Positions 9,745 to 18,697 are shown, numbered from the stretch's first letter. The stretch: DNA of 51,506 bases from Candidatus Woesearchaeota archaeon (GCA_043818175.1 JBDRGA010000056.1:1-51506), one strand, 5' to 3'. Numbers and translations are program-made. Notes: a model not told the origin generated them from the sequence alone.

Positions 9745-10494
9745 CTATTGTCCTTTAAAGGGGGTCATGGCAACTCTTGCAAGCATCTGGCCTCCTATAT
9801 GTGTTGGCAGAATAACCTGTTCTGCTCCTGCGTTCTTTAGTTTGTCAATGCTTCTTTCAAAGTCCGCCCTGGCAACGATGTGCATATTTGGGTTCATTTC
9901 CTTTGCGGTCAATACCTGCAAGATGTTGTCCCCATCCGTTGAAAGACAAGATACCAATGATTTGGCGTGCTTTATTCCTGCAGCTTCAAGCGTTTTCTTT
10001 TCTAGACTGTCATCTTCCAAAGCAAGCCAGCCCAGTTTTTCTGCGCGGTCAATTCGTTCAGGATTCTCGTCAATTAGTACGAAAGGAATCTTTTCTGCTG
10101 CAAGGCTCTTTGCGACATTGCTTCCTACGCGACCTGCACCGCATATTATAATATGGTTTGTGAGTGATTGTATTTTTTTCATTTTCTTGCCCTCCGCGAG
10201 ATTCTGGCTTAGCTGCCCCTCGAATAATAGTTGAATTAGAGTTATGAGTATTACAAGACTCAATATTCCTCCTACAAAGTAAAGGAGGAAGCTTATGAAT
10301 CCCATGCTTTGGTTTGCAAGGTCAATATGCGTTACTAATGTAACGCTTTTGTACACTGCTTCTCTGTACGAGTCTGATTCCGCAAGGTTCACGAACGTTC
10401 CCAGTATTATCAAAAGAACTAGTAATGCAAGAGTGACGAGTACTCTATGGAATACTCTGGTCTCAACCTCCTTTCTCCGCCCCAGGGAATGCAT
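9745..10494 (-). CDS. 2-TM potassium-channel-like protein with RCK (TrkA-N) domain
   Basis: Two TM helices with a pore helix; HIIICGAGRVG Rossmann motif; LKNAGAEQVILP. Confidence 0.8.
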   Translation of the reverse strand: MHSLGRRKEVETRVFHRVLVTLALLVLLIILGTFVNLAESDSYREAVYKSVTLVTHIDLANQSMGFISFLLYFVGGILSLVILITLIQLLFEGQLSQNLAEGKKMKKIQSLTNHIIICGAGRVGSNVAKSLAAEKIPFVLIDENPERIDRAEKLGWLALEDDSLEKKTLEAAGIKHAKSLVSCLSTDGDNILQVLTAKEMNPNMHIVARADFERSIDKLKNAGAEQVILPTHIGGQMLARVAMTPFKGQ

Positions 10495-10569
10495 CTTCTC
10501 TTAACGCACGACGTGAGTTTATATAGTTTATTGTTGAGTGGGGTTACATCCTGGTTATCTAGTCAATTG

Positions 10570-10905
10570 TTAACCTAGTTTAATTGGACGTCGCTTGTGA
10601 ATAGGATAGAAGATCAGAGAAACAAGCAAGTACACAAATAGCAGGTTCAGAACAAACCCTATTATTCCTTGCACGAAGAACATGGAGACAAAGTGCGGGT
10701 GGGGCATGTTCTGAACTTCGCCCGTGATGACAAACGTAGGGAAAGGAAACCCATGGTAATTGATGCAGTATCCAAAGTTTGCGCCATCCACGCACGGTCC
10801 ACTTCCTAGAAGAGTCATCGGGAAGAGGAAAGTGACCCCGAAGACAAACAAGATTACCACAATCTTCCACGCTGACAGACGAAAGTAGTTGTTCTTGAGA
10901 AACAT
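10570..10905 (-). CDS. Hypothetical membrane protein
   Basis: Two hydrophobic helices flanking a C..C/HGFPFP loop. Confidence 0.6.
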   Translation of the reverse strand: MFLKNNYFRLSAWKIVVILFVFGVTFLFPMTLLGSGPCVDGANFGYCINYHGFPFPTFVITGEVQNMPHPHFVSMFFVQGIIGFVLNLLFVYLLVSLIFYPIHKRRPIKLG

Positions 10906-11007
10906 GAGCGGGTACTTGATGATTTGCCTTATAAATTTTCAGGTTCTCCAGTTGGACATCCCACTGCCAAAGGAAAGCATATAAACAGCATTCCCTTGCT
11001 TGAGACC

Positions 11008-12171
11008 ATGGACCGCCGCCTTTCAGACCTTGCAAAGATGTTCTCGAAGATTCCGAAAGAACAGGAATCTGCTTTGGAACGCGTTGCCAAACTTGTTTCT
11101 GCCCTTTCCAAAGAAGCGCAGTTTGCAGTCAAGACAAACAGGGCAAAAGTTACGTTGAAGGATATCGCAGTCGGTTCTTGCGCAGTTAAAATGCCCTTCG
11201 TCGAATCATTAACCAAGCATTCAGACGAGGTTGATGACATCAACGCGTGGAACCTTCAATTGAAACGGGCAGCGGAGGAAGAACTGTTTGACAACGTTTC
11301 GGACAACGCTGAAAAGTATCTTCTCGAAGTCATTGCTCCAAACATAAAGGGTCTTGATGACGTAAGGAAAGCAGCTTCGTGGCTTCTATTTGCTGACGAT
11401 CCAGTTCACCTATTGCTTCTTGGCGACCCGGGCACAGGAAAAACGCAAGTGCTTCAAGCTGTGTCCAGAATCGCACCAATTTCAAGTTTTGGTTTGGGTA
11501 GTGGTTCAAGCAAAGCAGGTCTAACTGTTGCTGCTTCAGGCAATGAAGTTCTGAAAGGTTTACTGCCCTTGGCTGATGGTGGCGTTTGCTGCGTTGACGA
11601 ACTGAATTTAATGAAGCGAGAAGATAGAGCAGGACTGTTAAGCGCGATGGAATCTGGCGTCGTTATTTATGATAAGGCAGGTAAGCATCTTGAGCTTCCT
11701 GCTGAAGTGAGTGTTTTTGCGAGCGCAAACCCCAAAGGAGATAGGTTTGTAGGTAACGGTGTTGAAGTGCTTAAGCAGCAGATTCCTTTTGATCCTGCGT
11801 TAGTTTCAAGGTTCCACATCGTTTTCTTAGTTAGAAGACCGGACGCAAAGGATTTCGCGGACATTGCAAAAGGAATCGTTTCTGGTGTGAAGAAACCTGA
11901 CACGGTTCTCGCAAAAGAATATGTCAAGAGAACTCAATCAATCTCAGTTGCTTTCCCGAAAGACCTCGAACCCGTTATTGTAGACGCTGTTGAAAGGTTC
12001 AGAAGGGATGAAAGTAAGTTCCTCCTTGACGTTACTCCTCGACTGGTTGTTGGAGTTGTACGACTGGCAAAGGCCAGAGCAAGGCTTCATATGAGAGAAA
12101 CAGTAACCCAAGAAGACGTTAAAAGCGTGATTAAGGTTGTTGAAAAATCTCTTTATGTGCGTGAACGATAA
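11008..12171 (+). CDS. MCM-family AAA+ ATPase lacking the N-terminal domain
   Basis: HLLLLGDPGTGKTQ, SKAGLT, LADGGVCCVDE, AMESG, SANP, LVSRF, TPRL motifs. Confidence 0.85.
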   Translation: MDRRLSDLAKMFSKIPKEQESALERVAKLVSALSKEAQFAVKTNRAKVTLKDIAVGSCAVKMPFVESLTKHSDEVDDINAWNLQLKRAAEEELFDNVSDNAEKYLLEVIAPNIKGLDDVRKAASWLLFADDPVHLLLLGDPGTGKTQVLQAVSRIAPISSFGLGSGSSKAGLTVAASGNEVLKGLLPLADGGVCCVDELNLMKREDRAGLLSAMESGVVIYDKAGKHLELPAEVSVFASANPKGDRFVGNGVEVLKQQIPFDPALVSRFHIVFLVRRPDAKDFADIAKGIVSGVKKPDTVLAKEYVKRTQSISVAFPKDLEPVIVDAVERFRRDESKFLLDVTPRLVVGVVRLAKARARLHMRETVTQEDVKSVIKVVEKSLYVRER

Positions 12172-12202
12172 GTTTTAATACGTTCCTGGCTCTCTTGAGT
12201 TT

Positions 12203-13318
12203 ATGTTCCCTTTGTTCAAGAAACAGCAACAGGAAGAAGTCGATGATCTTCCAATCCTGGTCTTTCCCGAAGCTACGAATCCTCTCGTTTTGAAGGCAGC
12301 TGCAGTGCTCCACAAAAAACAGAAAGCAGCAATTCTGCTTATAGGTAACAAGAAGGACATTGAGAAGGCAGCAGAAGAAAACAAGGTCAAACTTGAAGGA
12401 ATCTCAATCAGAGATCCTGCTGCAGATGACAGTTTTGAGGAAGCTGGAAACACTCTTTATTCATTAAACGAGAAATCAATGGACCTTACTGCTGCAAAGG
12501 AATTGGCTTTGGAACCTGTTTACTTCGCATATTACCTTCTGCGCTCAAAACAGGCGCATGGAATCGTTCTTGGCGCTTCATTGTCAGGCCAGGAGATATT
12601 CAAGCCCGCCTTACAAACATTTCCTGAGAATATGCGTAATGTTTCGAGTTTCAACATTCTTACCAAGCAGAATTACACCATCATGTTCGCTGACTGCAGC
12701 ATGAACGCCAATCCCACACCAGACAGACTGGCCGAGATTGCAATGCAGTCTGCAAGGAGTGCAAAGGAATTAAGTTTGAATCCTAAAGTTGCGTTGTTGA
12801 GTTTCAGCACCAAGGGATCTTCCCAGCATATTGATGCTGAGAAGGTAAGGGATGCTGTTGAATCACTTGAAGGTTTTAAAATTCCATTTGACGGGGAATT
12901 GCAGTTTGACGTTGCCATTAATCCTGATGTTGCCAAGAGAAAAGGAATTGGAGGAGATGTTGCAGGTCATGCCAACGTTCTTATCTTCCCAGACCTTGAT
13001 TCAGGAAATATTGCAGTGAAGGTTGCAGAAAATCTTGCTGGTTTTGAAGTGCTTGGGCCTTTCGTTCAGGGGCTTCCTGCTCCTATTGGTACTTTGTCTG
13101 ATGCCTGCGACGTAGATGAGATTTACGAAACCGCGCAAATTGTGGCACTGCTTGCAAGAAAAGTTTTAAATAGCGCAAACACAGAGAAGGAAGAGGATGG
13201 GGATTCAGAAGAAGAAAACGAACACGAAGAAGAAGGTAAAGAAGAAGAGCAGCATGATGCCGGAAGTGAGGGAGATGCTGAAGAATCTGGACAAGATGAG
13301 TCCAGAGAGCATTCGTGA
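12203..13318 (+). CDS. Phosphate acetyltransferase-like protein (degenerate active site)
   Basis: VFPEA, FADC, VALLSFSTKGS, DGELQFDVA, LIFPDLDSGNI, GPFVQGL. Confidence 0.8.
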   Translation: MFPLFKKQQQEEVDDLPILVFPEATNPLVLKAAAVLHKKQKAAILLIGNKKDIEKAAEENKVKLEGISIRDPAADDSFEEAGNTLYSLNEKSMDLTAAKELALEPVYFAYYLLRSKQAHGIVLGASLSGQEIFKPALQTFPENMRNVSSFNILTKQNYTIMFADCSMNANPTPDRLAEIAMQSARSAKELSLNPKVALLSFSTKGSSQHIDAEKVRDAVESLEGFKIPFDGELQFDVAINPDVAKRKGIGGDVAGHANVLIFPDLDSGNIAVKVAENLAGFEVLGPFVQGLPAPIGTLSDACDVDEIYETAQIVALLARKVLNSANTEKEEDGDSEEENEHEEEGKEEEQHDAGSEGDAEESGQDESREHS

Positions 13319-13454
13319 ACTTCTTTTGCTTAACACTTACAAAGTGGCCGTTTTAAGAGCACAGGTTGATACGTTATCAGACATCCTCGTGAAGAAGAAG
13401 CTTATTACTCGTGAGCAATTATGGAAGCTTACGAACGAACAGTTTGAGCAATGA
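13197..13454 (+). CDS. Small hypothetical protein
   Basis: TTTTAAATA and GAGG upstream; amphipathic C-terminus; ends just before the gap RBS (GAGGTGA). Confidence 0.6.
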   Translation: MGIQKKKTNTKKKVKKKSSMMPEVREMLKNLDKMSPESIRELLLLNTYKVAVLRAQVDTLSDILVKKKLITREQLWKLTNEQFEQ

Positions 13455-13465
13455 GGTGAGTTGTA

Positions 13466-14470
13466 ATGGTGAGAGTCGCGATTAATGGATTTGGCAGAAT
13501 AGGCAGAATGATATTCAGAGCAGGTTTTAACGACCCCTCAATTGAATGGGTTGCATTCAATGATATCAGTGTTCCTGAGGAGCTGGCGTACCTGTTGAAG
13601 TTTGATACTGTTGCTCATCGCTTCAAAGGCGATGTTTCTTTTGATGATAGACACGTTATTGTCAATGAAAAGAAGATTCCTGTCTTTGCTGAAAGAGATC
13701 CTTCCAAACTTCCTTGGAAGGACATGAATGTTGATGTTGTAATTGAATGCACAGGATTCTTCACAAAACATGACCAATCAAAATTGCATCTTGACGCAGG
13801 AGCCAAACGGGTGTTGATAAGCGCGCCTTCACACGATCCTGACATCACCATTGTGAAAGGCGTGAACGAGCACTTGTACGATGCTTCAAAACACTTCATC
13901 GTGAGCATGGCTTCCTGCACGACGAACTCGCTTGCTCCGATGGTCAAAGTATTGAACGACAATTTCGGGATTGTTCATGGTTTCATGAGCACAGTTCATG
14001 CGTACACAGCAGACCAAAGAATCCTGGACGCTCCTTCAACGCATCACAAAGATCTGAGAAGGTCGAGGGCTGCAGGTGCAAACACGATACCTACTGAAAC
14101 CGGCGCAGCAAAGGCGATAGGCCAGGTTGTACCTGAGCTCAACGGCAAGCTGGATGGAATGGCGTTCAGGGTTCCCGTGACTGTCGGAAGCATAACAGAC
14201 CTGTCAGTTGTCCTCAAGAAGTCCGTCACCGTCGAGGAAGTGAACCATCTGTTCCACGAAGTAGCCAATTACCACATGAAAGGTATCCTTGAATACTCTG
14301 ACGAACCGCTCGTGAGCTCTGACATCATAGGAAACGCGCATTCATGCATCTTCGACGCAAAAAGCACCAAGGTCATCGACGGAACGCTCGTCAAGGTCAT
14401 AGGCTGGTACGATAACGAGTGGGGCTACAGCAACAGAATGGTTGATGTGATTAAGATTATTGGAGTTTGA
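13466..14470 (+). CDS. gap: Type I (bacterial-type) glyceraldehyde-3-phosphate dehydrogenase
   Basis: INGFGRIGR, ASCTTN, TGAAKA, FRVP, WYDNEWGYS. Confidence 0.96.
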   Translation: MVRVAINGFGRIGRMIFRAGFNDPSIEWVAFNDISVPEELAYLLKFDTVAHRFKGDVSFDDRHVIVNEKKIPVFAERDPSKLPWKDMNVDVVIECTGFFTKHDQSKLHLDAGAKRVLISAPSHDPDITIVKGVNEHLYDASKHFIVSMASCTTNSLAPMVKVLNDNFGIVHGFMSTVHAYTADQRILDAPSTHHKDLRRSRAAGANTIPTETGAAKAIGQVVPELNGKLDGMAFRVPVTVGSITDLSVVLKKSVTVEEVNHLFHEVANYHMKGILEYSDEPLVSSDIIGNAHSCIFDAKSTKVIDGTLVKVIGWYDNEWGYSNRMVDVIKIIGV

Positions 14471-14473
14471 ACT

Positions 14474-14821
14474 TTAATCTTCCGAGTTTCCAGACTTCAA
14501 CGTTCGAATTACATAGCTGTTGAAATCTGAGACTGGATCAGTTGTGAATTTGTTGCGTAGCCGGTGAGCTTCGGTCAAGGCTTCAGATACGACATTTCGT
14601 TCGCCTGCATGTGCCCCCGCATAAACCTCGCTAAGTTCAGTGGGTGAAAGCCTGATAACTGCAACAGGAATATGGTATGTTCTTGTGGGAGTTCCTTCTT
14701 GGCCTGGACGCAGGTGTCCATAGTCAAAAGGATGCACATGCTCTTCGCCGCCTGGTCCAGAATTAACTCTACCAAACAGATTTGCCAAATGCTCCGAGAT
14801 GAATCTTCTTTTCATACGCAT
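14474..14821 (-). CDS. Hypothetical protein
   Basis: Fills the gap between convergent genes; TATA-like TTTATA upstream. Confidence 0.5.
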   Translation of the reverse strand: MRMKRRFISEHLANLFGRVNSGPGGEEHVHPFDYGHLRPGQEGTPTRTYHIPVAVIRLSPTELSEVYAGAHAGERNVVSEALTEAHRLRNKFTTDPVSDFNSYVIRTLKSGNSED

Positions 14822-14919
14822 TGAATTTCCTGTTTCTTTATAAAGCTAACGCATTGAAGTTACTGTACAGGGACTACATTTAACGAAAGAAATAAAGCCC
14901 AGATGTCCTCCTCAACCCA

Positions 14920-15486
14920 ATGGACCACCGTTTCATCGAGATAAAGGCTCATTTCGACCACGTAGACCTTGAAAACATCAAGAAAGGAGTTCACGGTTGG
15001 AAAGATACGCCTTACGGTATTTGGGGGCACAGCACTTTGACAAAGGTGCATGACCTGTTCAAACGTTTGCCTTTGAAGAAAGACGATGTTTTTCTTGACC
15101 TTGGTTCTGGCGACGGAAGAATTGCTATTCTCGCTTCAGAGTTCTGCAAAGCATATGGTGTAGAGGGAGACAAACCATTGCACGAGGAAGCGCAGGAGCA
15201 CGTGAAAGCGCTAAAAAGCAACGCAAAATTGCTCAACGAGGATTTCTTCAAGATGGATTTATCGAAGTACACCATTCTCTTCACATTCTACGACAAGCGC
15301 TTTCCACTTGAATTCGAGGAGAAACTATCCAAGTTCAATGGCATTCTTTTGAATTACAGCGACATCTTCAAACCAGCAAGATTGCAGCACGAGAACATCC
15401 TCTGGCTCGACCAGACTCCATGCTTCGTTTACAAATTGCCACAAAAATTGAAGAAGCTGCCTGCAGATGATCTTGGTCTGAGTTAA
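14920..15486 (+). CDS. Class I SAM-dependent methyltransferase
   Basis: FLDLGSGDGR, YGVE, DFF motifs. Confidence 0.8.
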   Translation: MDHRFIEIKAHFDHVDLENIKKGVHGWKDTPYGIWGHSTLTKVHDLFKRLPLKKDDVFLDLGSGDGRIAILASEFCKAYGVEGDKPLHEEAQEHVKALKSNAKLLNEDFFKMDLSKYTILFTFYDKRFPLEFEEKLSKFNGILLNYSDIFKPARLQHENILWLDQTPCFVYKLPQKLKKLPADDLGLS

Positions 15487-15490
15487 TCAT

Positions 15491-15742
15491 TCAGAAAGGA
15501 CTCTTTTTCCATCCTTCGGGCGCCTTTAGCTTCTTCGCGCATCCGCGATGCGTCCATTCAAGTTTCATTTCATAGTATCCTTTTTCGGCAGGTCGTGAAA
15601 AGCTTACGATAGTTGAATTCTTACCAAGTGTGTCAACCTTCTTGCCACAAACTGCACATGTTTTTCCCGAAAACGTTTGAATTTTTCCATGTAAAGCATT
15701 CTTTTCAATGCCGAGTGGTCTCTCTTCAGGCCAGGCATGCAC
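15491..15742 (-). CDS. Putative small zinc-finger protein
   Basis: CAVC...HRGC; start uncertain; overlaps the upstream ORF. Confidence 0.4.
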   Translation of the reverse strand: MHAWPEERPLGIEKNALHGKIQTFSGKTCAVCGKKVDTLGKNSTIVSFSRPAEKGYYEMKLEWTHRGCAKKLKAPEGWKKSPF

Positions 15743-15924
15743 GACATATTGTGGTCTAGCACCGGCTTGTATTTTGCCTTCAACAGTTCTTTGTACATGT
15801 ACTTGTCGCAGTCGATATCGTTACATTTTCCTTCGAGTGCCCACATGATCTCATCCATGTATTCGTTCAGAAGGTAATACTCATCCCTGTCATTCTGTGT
15901 CTTCACATTAGTTCCAGATTTCAT
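15604..15924 (-). CDS. Hypothetical protein
   Basis: ATG with GGAG upstream, overlapping the end of the previous gene. Confidence 0.45.
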   Translation of the reverse strand: MKSGTNVKTQNDRDEYYLLNEYMDEIMWALEGKCNDIDCDKYMYKELLKAKYKPVLDHNMSCMPGLKRDHSALKRMLYMEKFKRFREKHVQFVARRLTHLVRIQLS

Positions 15925-16129
15925 GGTGTTCTCCGCTGTTTTCCTCGTACACTATTAGGTTTTCCTTCACTCTGCACGCGCTTCTGACTTCAGCCCAGAA
16001 CTGACAGTTAATGCAATCCGGACAGAAATCCCCGCACGGTTTGTTCCATAGGTCTGCAGTCGACAGTCGTTTCTTGAGTCTAGCATATATCACACTGCCC
16101 GTTTCCATGGCCATCCTAATCATTCTCAA
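15908..16129 (-). CDS. Small Cys-rich hypothetical protein
   Basis: CGDFCPDCINC motif; true start may be a downstream ATG. Confidence 0.45.
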   Translation of the reverse strand: MRMIRMAMETGSVIYARLKKRLSTADLWNKPCGDFCPDCINCQFWAEVRSACRVKENLIVYEENSGEHHEIWN

Positions 16130-16302
16130 TTTATAATTCTTTTGTCGACGGAAAATGAAAGCAAAGAAGTTTCAATTTAGCCGAAAATAATTCGGAAAAA
16201 TGAGCAAATAACAGAAAGATTCCTGCATTTGAACTCTGAACCACTGGACAATCGCACGCCAAGCATATAAAGCAAAGTCACTTCCATGTTTCAGGTGATT
16301 GT

Positions 16303-17145
16303 GTGAACAAGCTAGTCGTATTCCAGGACAAGAAGATCCGTCGGGTGTTGCATGACGGAGAATGGCACTTTTCAGTGGTTGACGTCATCGAAGTACTAAC
16401 TGAAAGTGAGGATGCGAGGAACTACTGGAAGGTTCTGAAACACAGGCTTTCCAAAGAAGGTAGCGAGATGGTTACAAAATGTAACCAACTGAAGATTCAA
16501 GCGTCAGATGGCAAGTACTACGTCAGCGACTGTGCAAACACAGAGACTATTTTCAGACTCATACAGTCAGTCCCATCTCCAAAAGCAGAACCATTCAAAC
16601 TCTGGCTAGCCAAAGTCGGACACGAACGAATTCAAGAAATCGAGAATCCAGAATTAGCGCAAAACCGCGTGAGACGATATTACGAGCTTAAAGAATATCC
16701 GAATGACTGGATAGAGAAACGCATTCGTGGAATGGCAATCCGACAAGAACTTACCAAAGAATGGAAAAACAGAGATGTTAAGGAAGGAACTGAATTCGCA
16801 ATTCTCACAAACGAGATATCCAAAGCGACTTTTGGGAAGACCATTGAGGAGTACAAGGAATTCAAGAATCTGCCTCGAAAGAACCAGAACCTTCGCGACC
16901 ACATGAATGACTGGGAGCTAATCTTCACTATGCTTGGAGAGAAGGCGACAACTGACATCACAGTAGCGCGAGACGCGCAGGGATTCGATGAGAATAAGCA
17001 AGCGGCAAAGACAGGAGGCCGAATTGCTAAGAACGCCCGGACAGAATTGGAAATTGAAACTGGAAATTCTGTGGTTTCGGGAGGCAATTTCATTGGCGTG
17101 TCAAACAAGAGAAAGATAGATAAGAATACTGCAAAGAGGCCTTGA
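16303..17145 (+). CDS. Bro-N domain protein (phage antirepressor-like)
   Basis: IRRV...WHFSVVDVIEVLT...YWKVLKHRL...ASDGK...RLIQSVPSPKAEPFKLWLA; RBS AGGTGA. Confidence 0.88.
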   Translation: MNKLVVFQDKKIRRVLHDGEWHFSVVDVIEVLTESEDARNYWKVLKHRLSKEGSEMVTKCNQLKIQASDGKYYVSDCANTETIFRLIQSVPSPKAEPFKLWLAKVGHERIQEIENPELAQNRVRRYYELKEYPNDWIEKRIRGMAIRQELTKEWKNRDVKEGTEFAILTNEISKATFGKTIEEYKEFKNLPRKNQNLRDHMNDWELIFTMLGEKATTDITVARDAQGFDENKQAAKTGGRIAKNARTELEIETGNSVVSGGNFIGVSNKRKIDKNTAKRP

Positions 17146-17199
17146 TAACTGAGATAGTATTTTCCAAAGGAATAAATAAGAATTACAATTAATGCCATC

Positions 17200-17688
17200 A
17201 TGAACGAAACTACTTTCAGGGCTATCGAGAACCGCGCGATGAAGCTTCAGTCGGACAATACCCGTTGGCATTTCCACATGCTCACTCCAGAATGCAAATT
17301 CAACGAGAGCAACAAGCATGCTTTCGTCCTGGAAGACCGGTCTTCAGGGGAAACGTTCGTAGTCTACAGTGAAGAACGAAACATGGCTCTTGGCAAGAAA
17401 CTTGTTGCAATGCTTCACGGAGACAAGATTGTAGAAGAAAAAAAGGATTCTGAGCCCACTGATAAAGTGAAGGCGGTGCTTGCCCGGGCAAAAGAACTCG
17501 CCAAGGAAGGCAAGCAATGGCATCACCACATGCTTTTCCCCGACTGTGCCCTTAACAAGCACGCAGGAAAATGGAACATTATTTTCGAGAATCCCAATGC
17601 AGATACAGTCACAGAAATTCTATACGACGACGAACCAAAGGCAGACCTTAACGCAATAGAGGTTGAATACTACTCGCAGAAGAATTGA
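17200..17688 (+). CDS. Hypothetical protein with internally duplicated WHxHMLxPxCxxN motif
   Basis: WHFHMLTPECKFN and WHHHMLFPDCALN. Confidence 0.75.
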   Translation: MNETTFRAIENRAMKLQSDNTRWHFHMLTPECKFNESNKHAFVLEDRSSGETFVVYSEERNMALGKKLVAMLHGDKIVEEKKDSEPTDKVKAVLARAKELAKEGKQWHHHMLFPDCALNKHAGKWNIIFENPNADTVTEILYDDEPKADLNAIEVEYYSQKN

Positions 17689-17745
17689 CTTCGGCGACAA
17701 CTATATAAACCAACAGCGCAAAATAACCTTCAAGAGGGGTGAGGG

Positions 17746-18582
17746 ATGGATTTCTCCGTAGAGCGGAAGGAGCAGACGGTTCGGCATACTTATGGCAAGG
17801 AAGTCCTGGACGTTTCTTTCGAGTTTGCCAAGCAAGTGCATAAAGAATGCGGCGCTTTCGTCAAAGGAATCATTCTCTTCGGCAGCTCAGTACGAAAGAA
17901 AGAAGGAAGGGACATTGACATTCTCATCGTTGTGGACGACTTAAGTGTCAACATGTCGAAAGAGTTCATCCAGACGTACAGGATTATTGTGGAAAAAATA
18001 ATCTCTCAAGTGGACAAAAGGTTACACGTTACGACATTAAAGTTCACGAGCTTCTGGGAGTACGCAAGAAACGGCGATCCAATCGTGGTAAATATGCTCA
18101 GGGATGGTGTTGCATTAATTGATACAGGATTCTTCGACCCTCTGCAAGCTCTGTTATACCAGGGCAGAATAAGACCAAGTGCTGAAGCAGTAACAACATA
18201 CTTTAGCAGAGCGCCCATGACAATAAGCAATAGCCAGTGGCATATCTTGCAGGCTTGCATGGACCTTTATTGGGCAGTAATTGATGCAGGTCATGCTGCT
18301 TTGATGCGAATGGGTGTTGTACCGCCCGCGCCAGAACATGTTGCAGATTTACTTGAAGAAAAACTGGTTAAGCCGGGCATCCTAAAGAAAGAGCACGCCC
18401 AAACCGTAAGAAGGTTCTATCATCTTAGCAAACTAATACTTAATAGAGACATGACCCATATGAAGGGCTACCAGTATGATGACTATTTCAAAGATGCATG
18501 GGAATTCGTGAAAGCAGTTGGAGACTTTTTAGGAGAAACACCAGTAACGCAGAAATCTAAAGTATCGCCAGAAAAGAAATAA
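17746..18582 (+). CDS. Minimal nucleotidyltransferase fused to a HEPN-like domain
   Basis: LFGSS...DIDILIVVDD; C-terminal LYWAVIDAGHAAL helical domain. Confidence 0.8.
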   Translation: MDFSVERKEQTVRHTYGKEVLDVSFEFAKQVHKECGAFVKGIILFGSSVRKKEGRDIDILIVVDDLSVNMSKEFIQTYRIIVEKIISQVDKRLHVTTLKFTSFWEYARNGDPIVVNMLRDGVALIDTGFFDPLQALLYQGRIRPSAEAVTTYFSRAPMTISNSQWHILQACMDLYWAVIDAGHAALMRMGVVPPAPEHVADLLEEKLVKPGILKKEHAQTVRRFYHLSKLILNRDMTHMKGYQYDDYFKDAWEFVKAVGDFLGETPVTQKSKVSPEKK

Positions 18583-18679
18583 TGCAATGTATGTCTTTGA
18601 GACATCACATTTCCAGCGCAACAATCTTTATATACGACCTGCCCCGAAACCCACTATATTGTAGGAGTTTCACACCCAC

Positions 18680-18697
18680 ACCACAACATGTTGTGGT
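18680..18697. promoter_or_regulatory. NrdR-box-like palindrome upstream of nrdJ
   Basis: Perfect 18-bp palindrome ACCACAACATGTTGTGGT; weaker box CCACTATATTGTAG at 18651; TATA CTTTATATA at about 18626. Confidence 0.65.
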
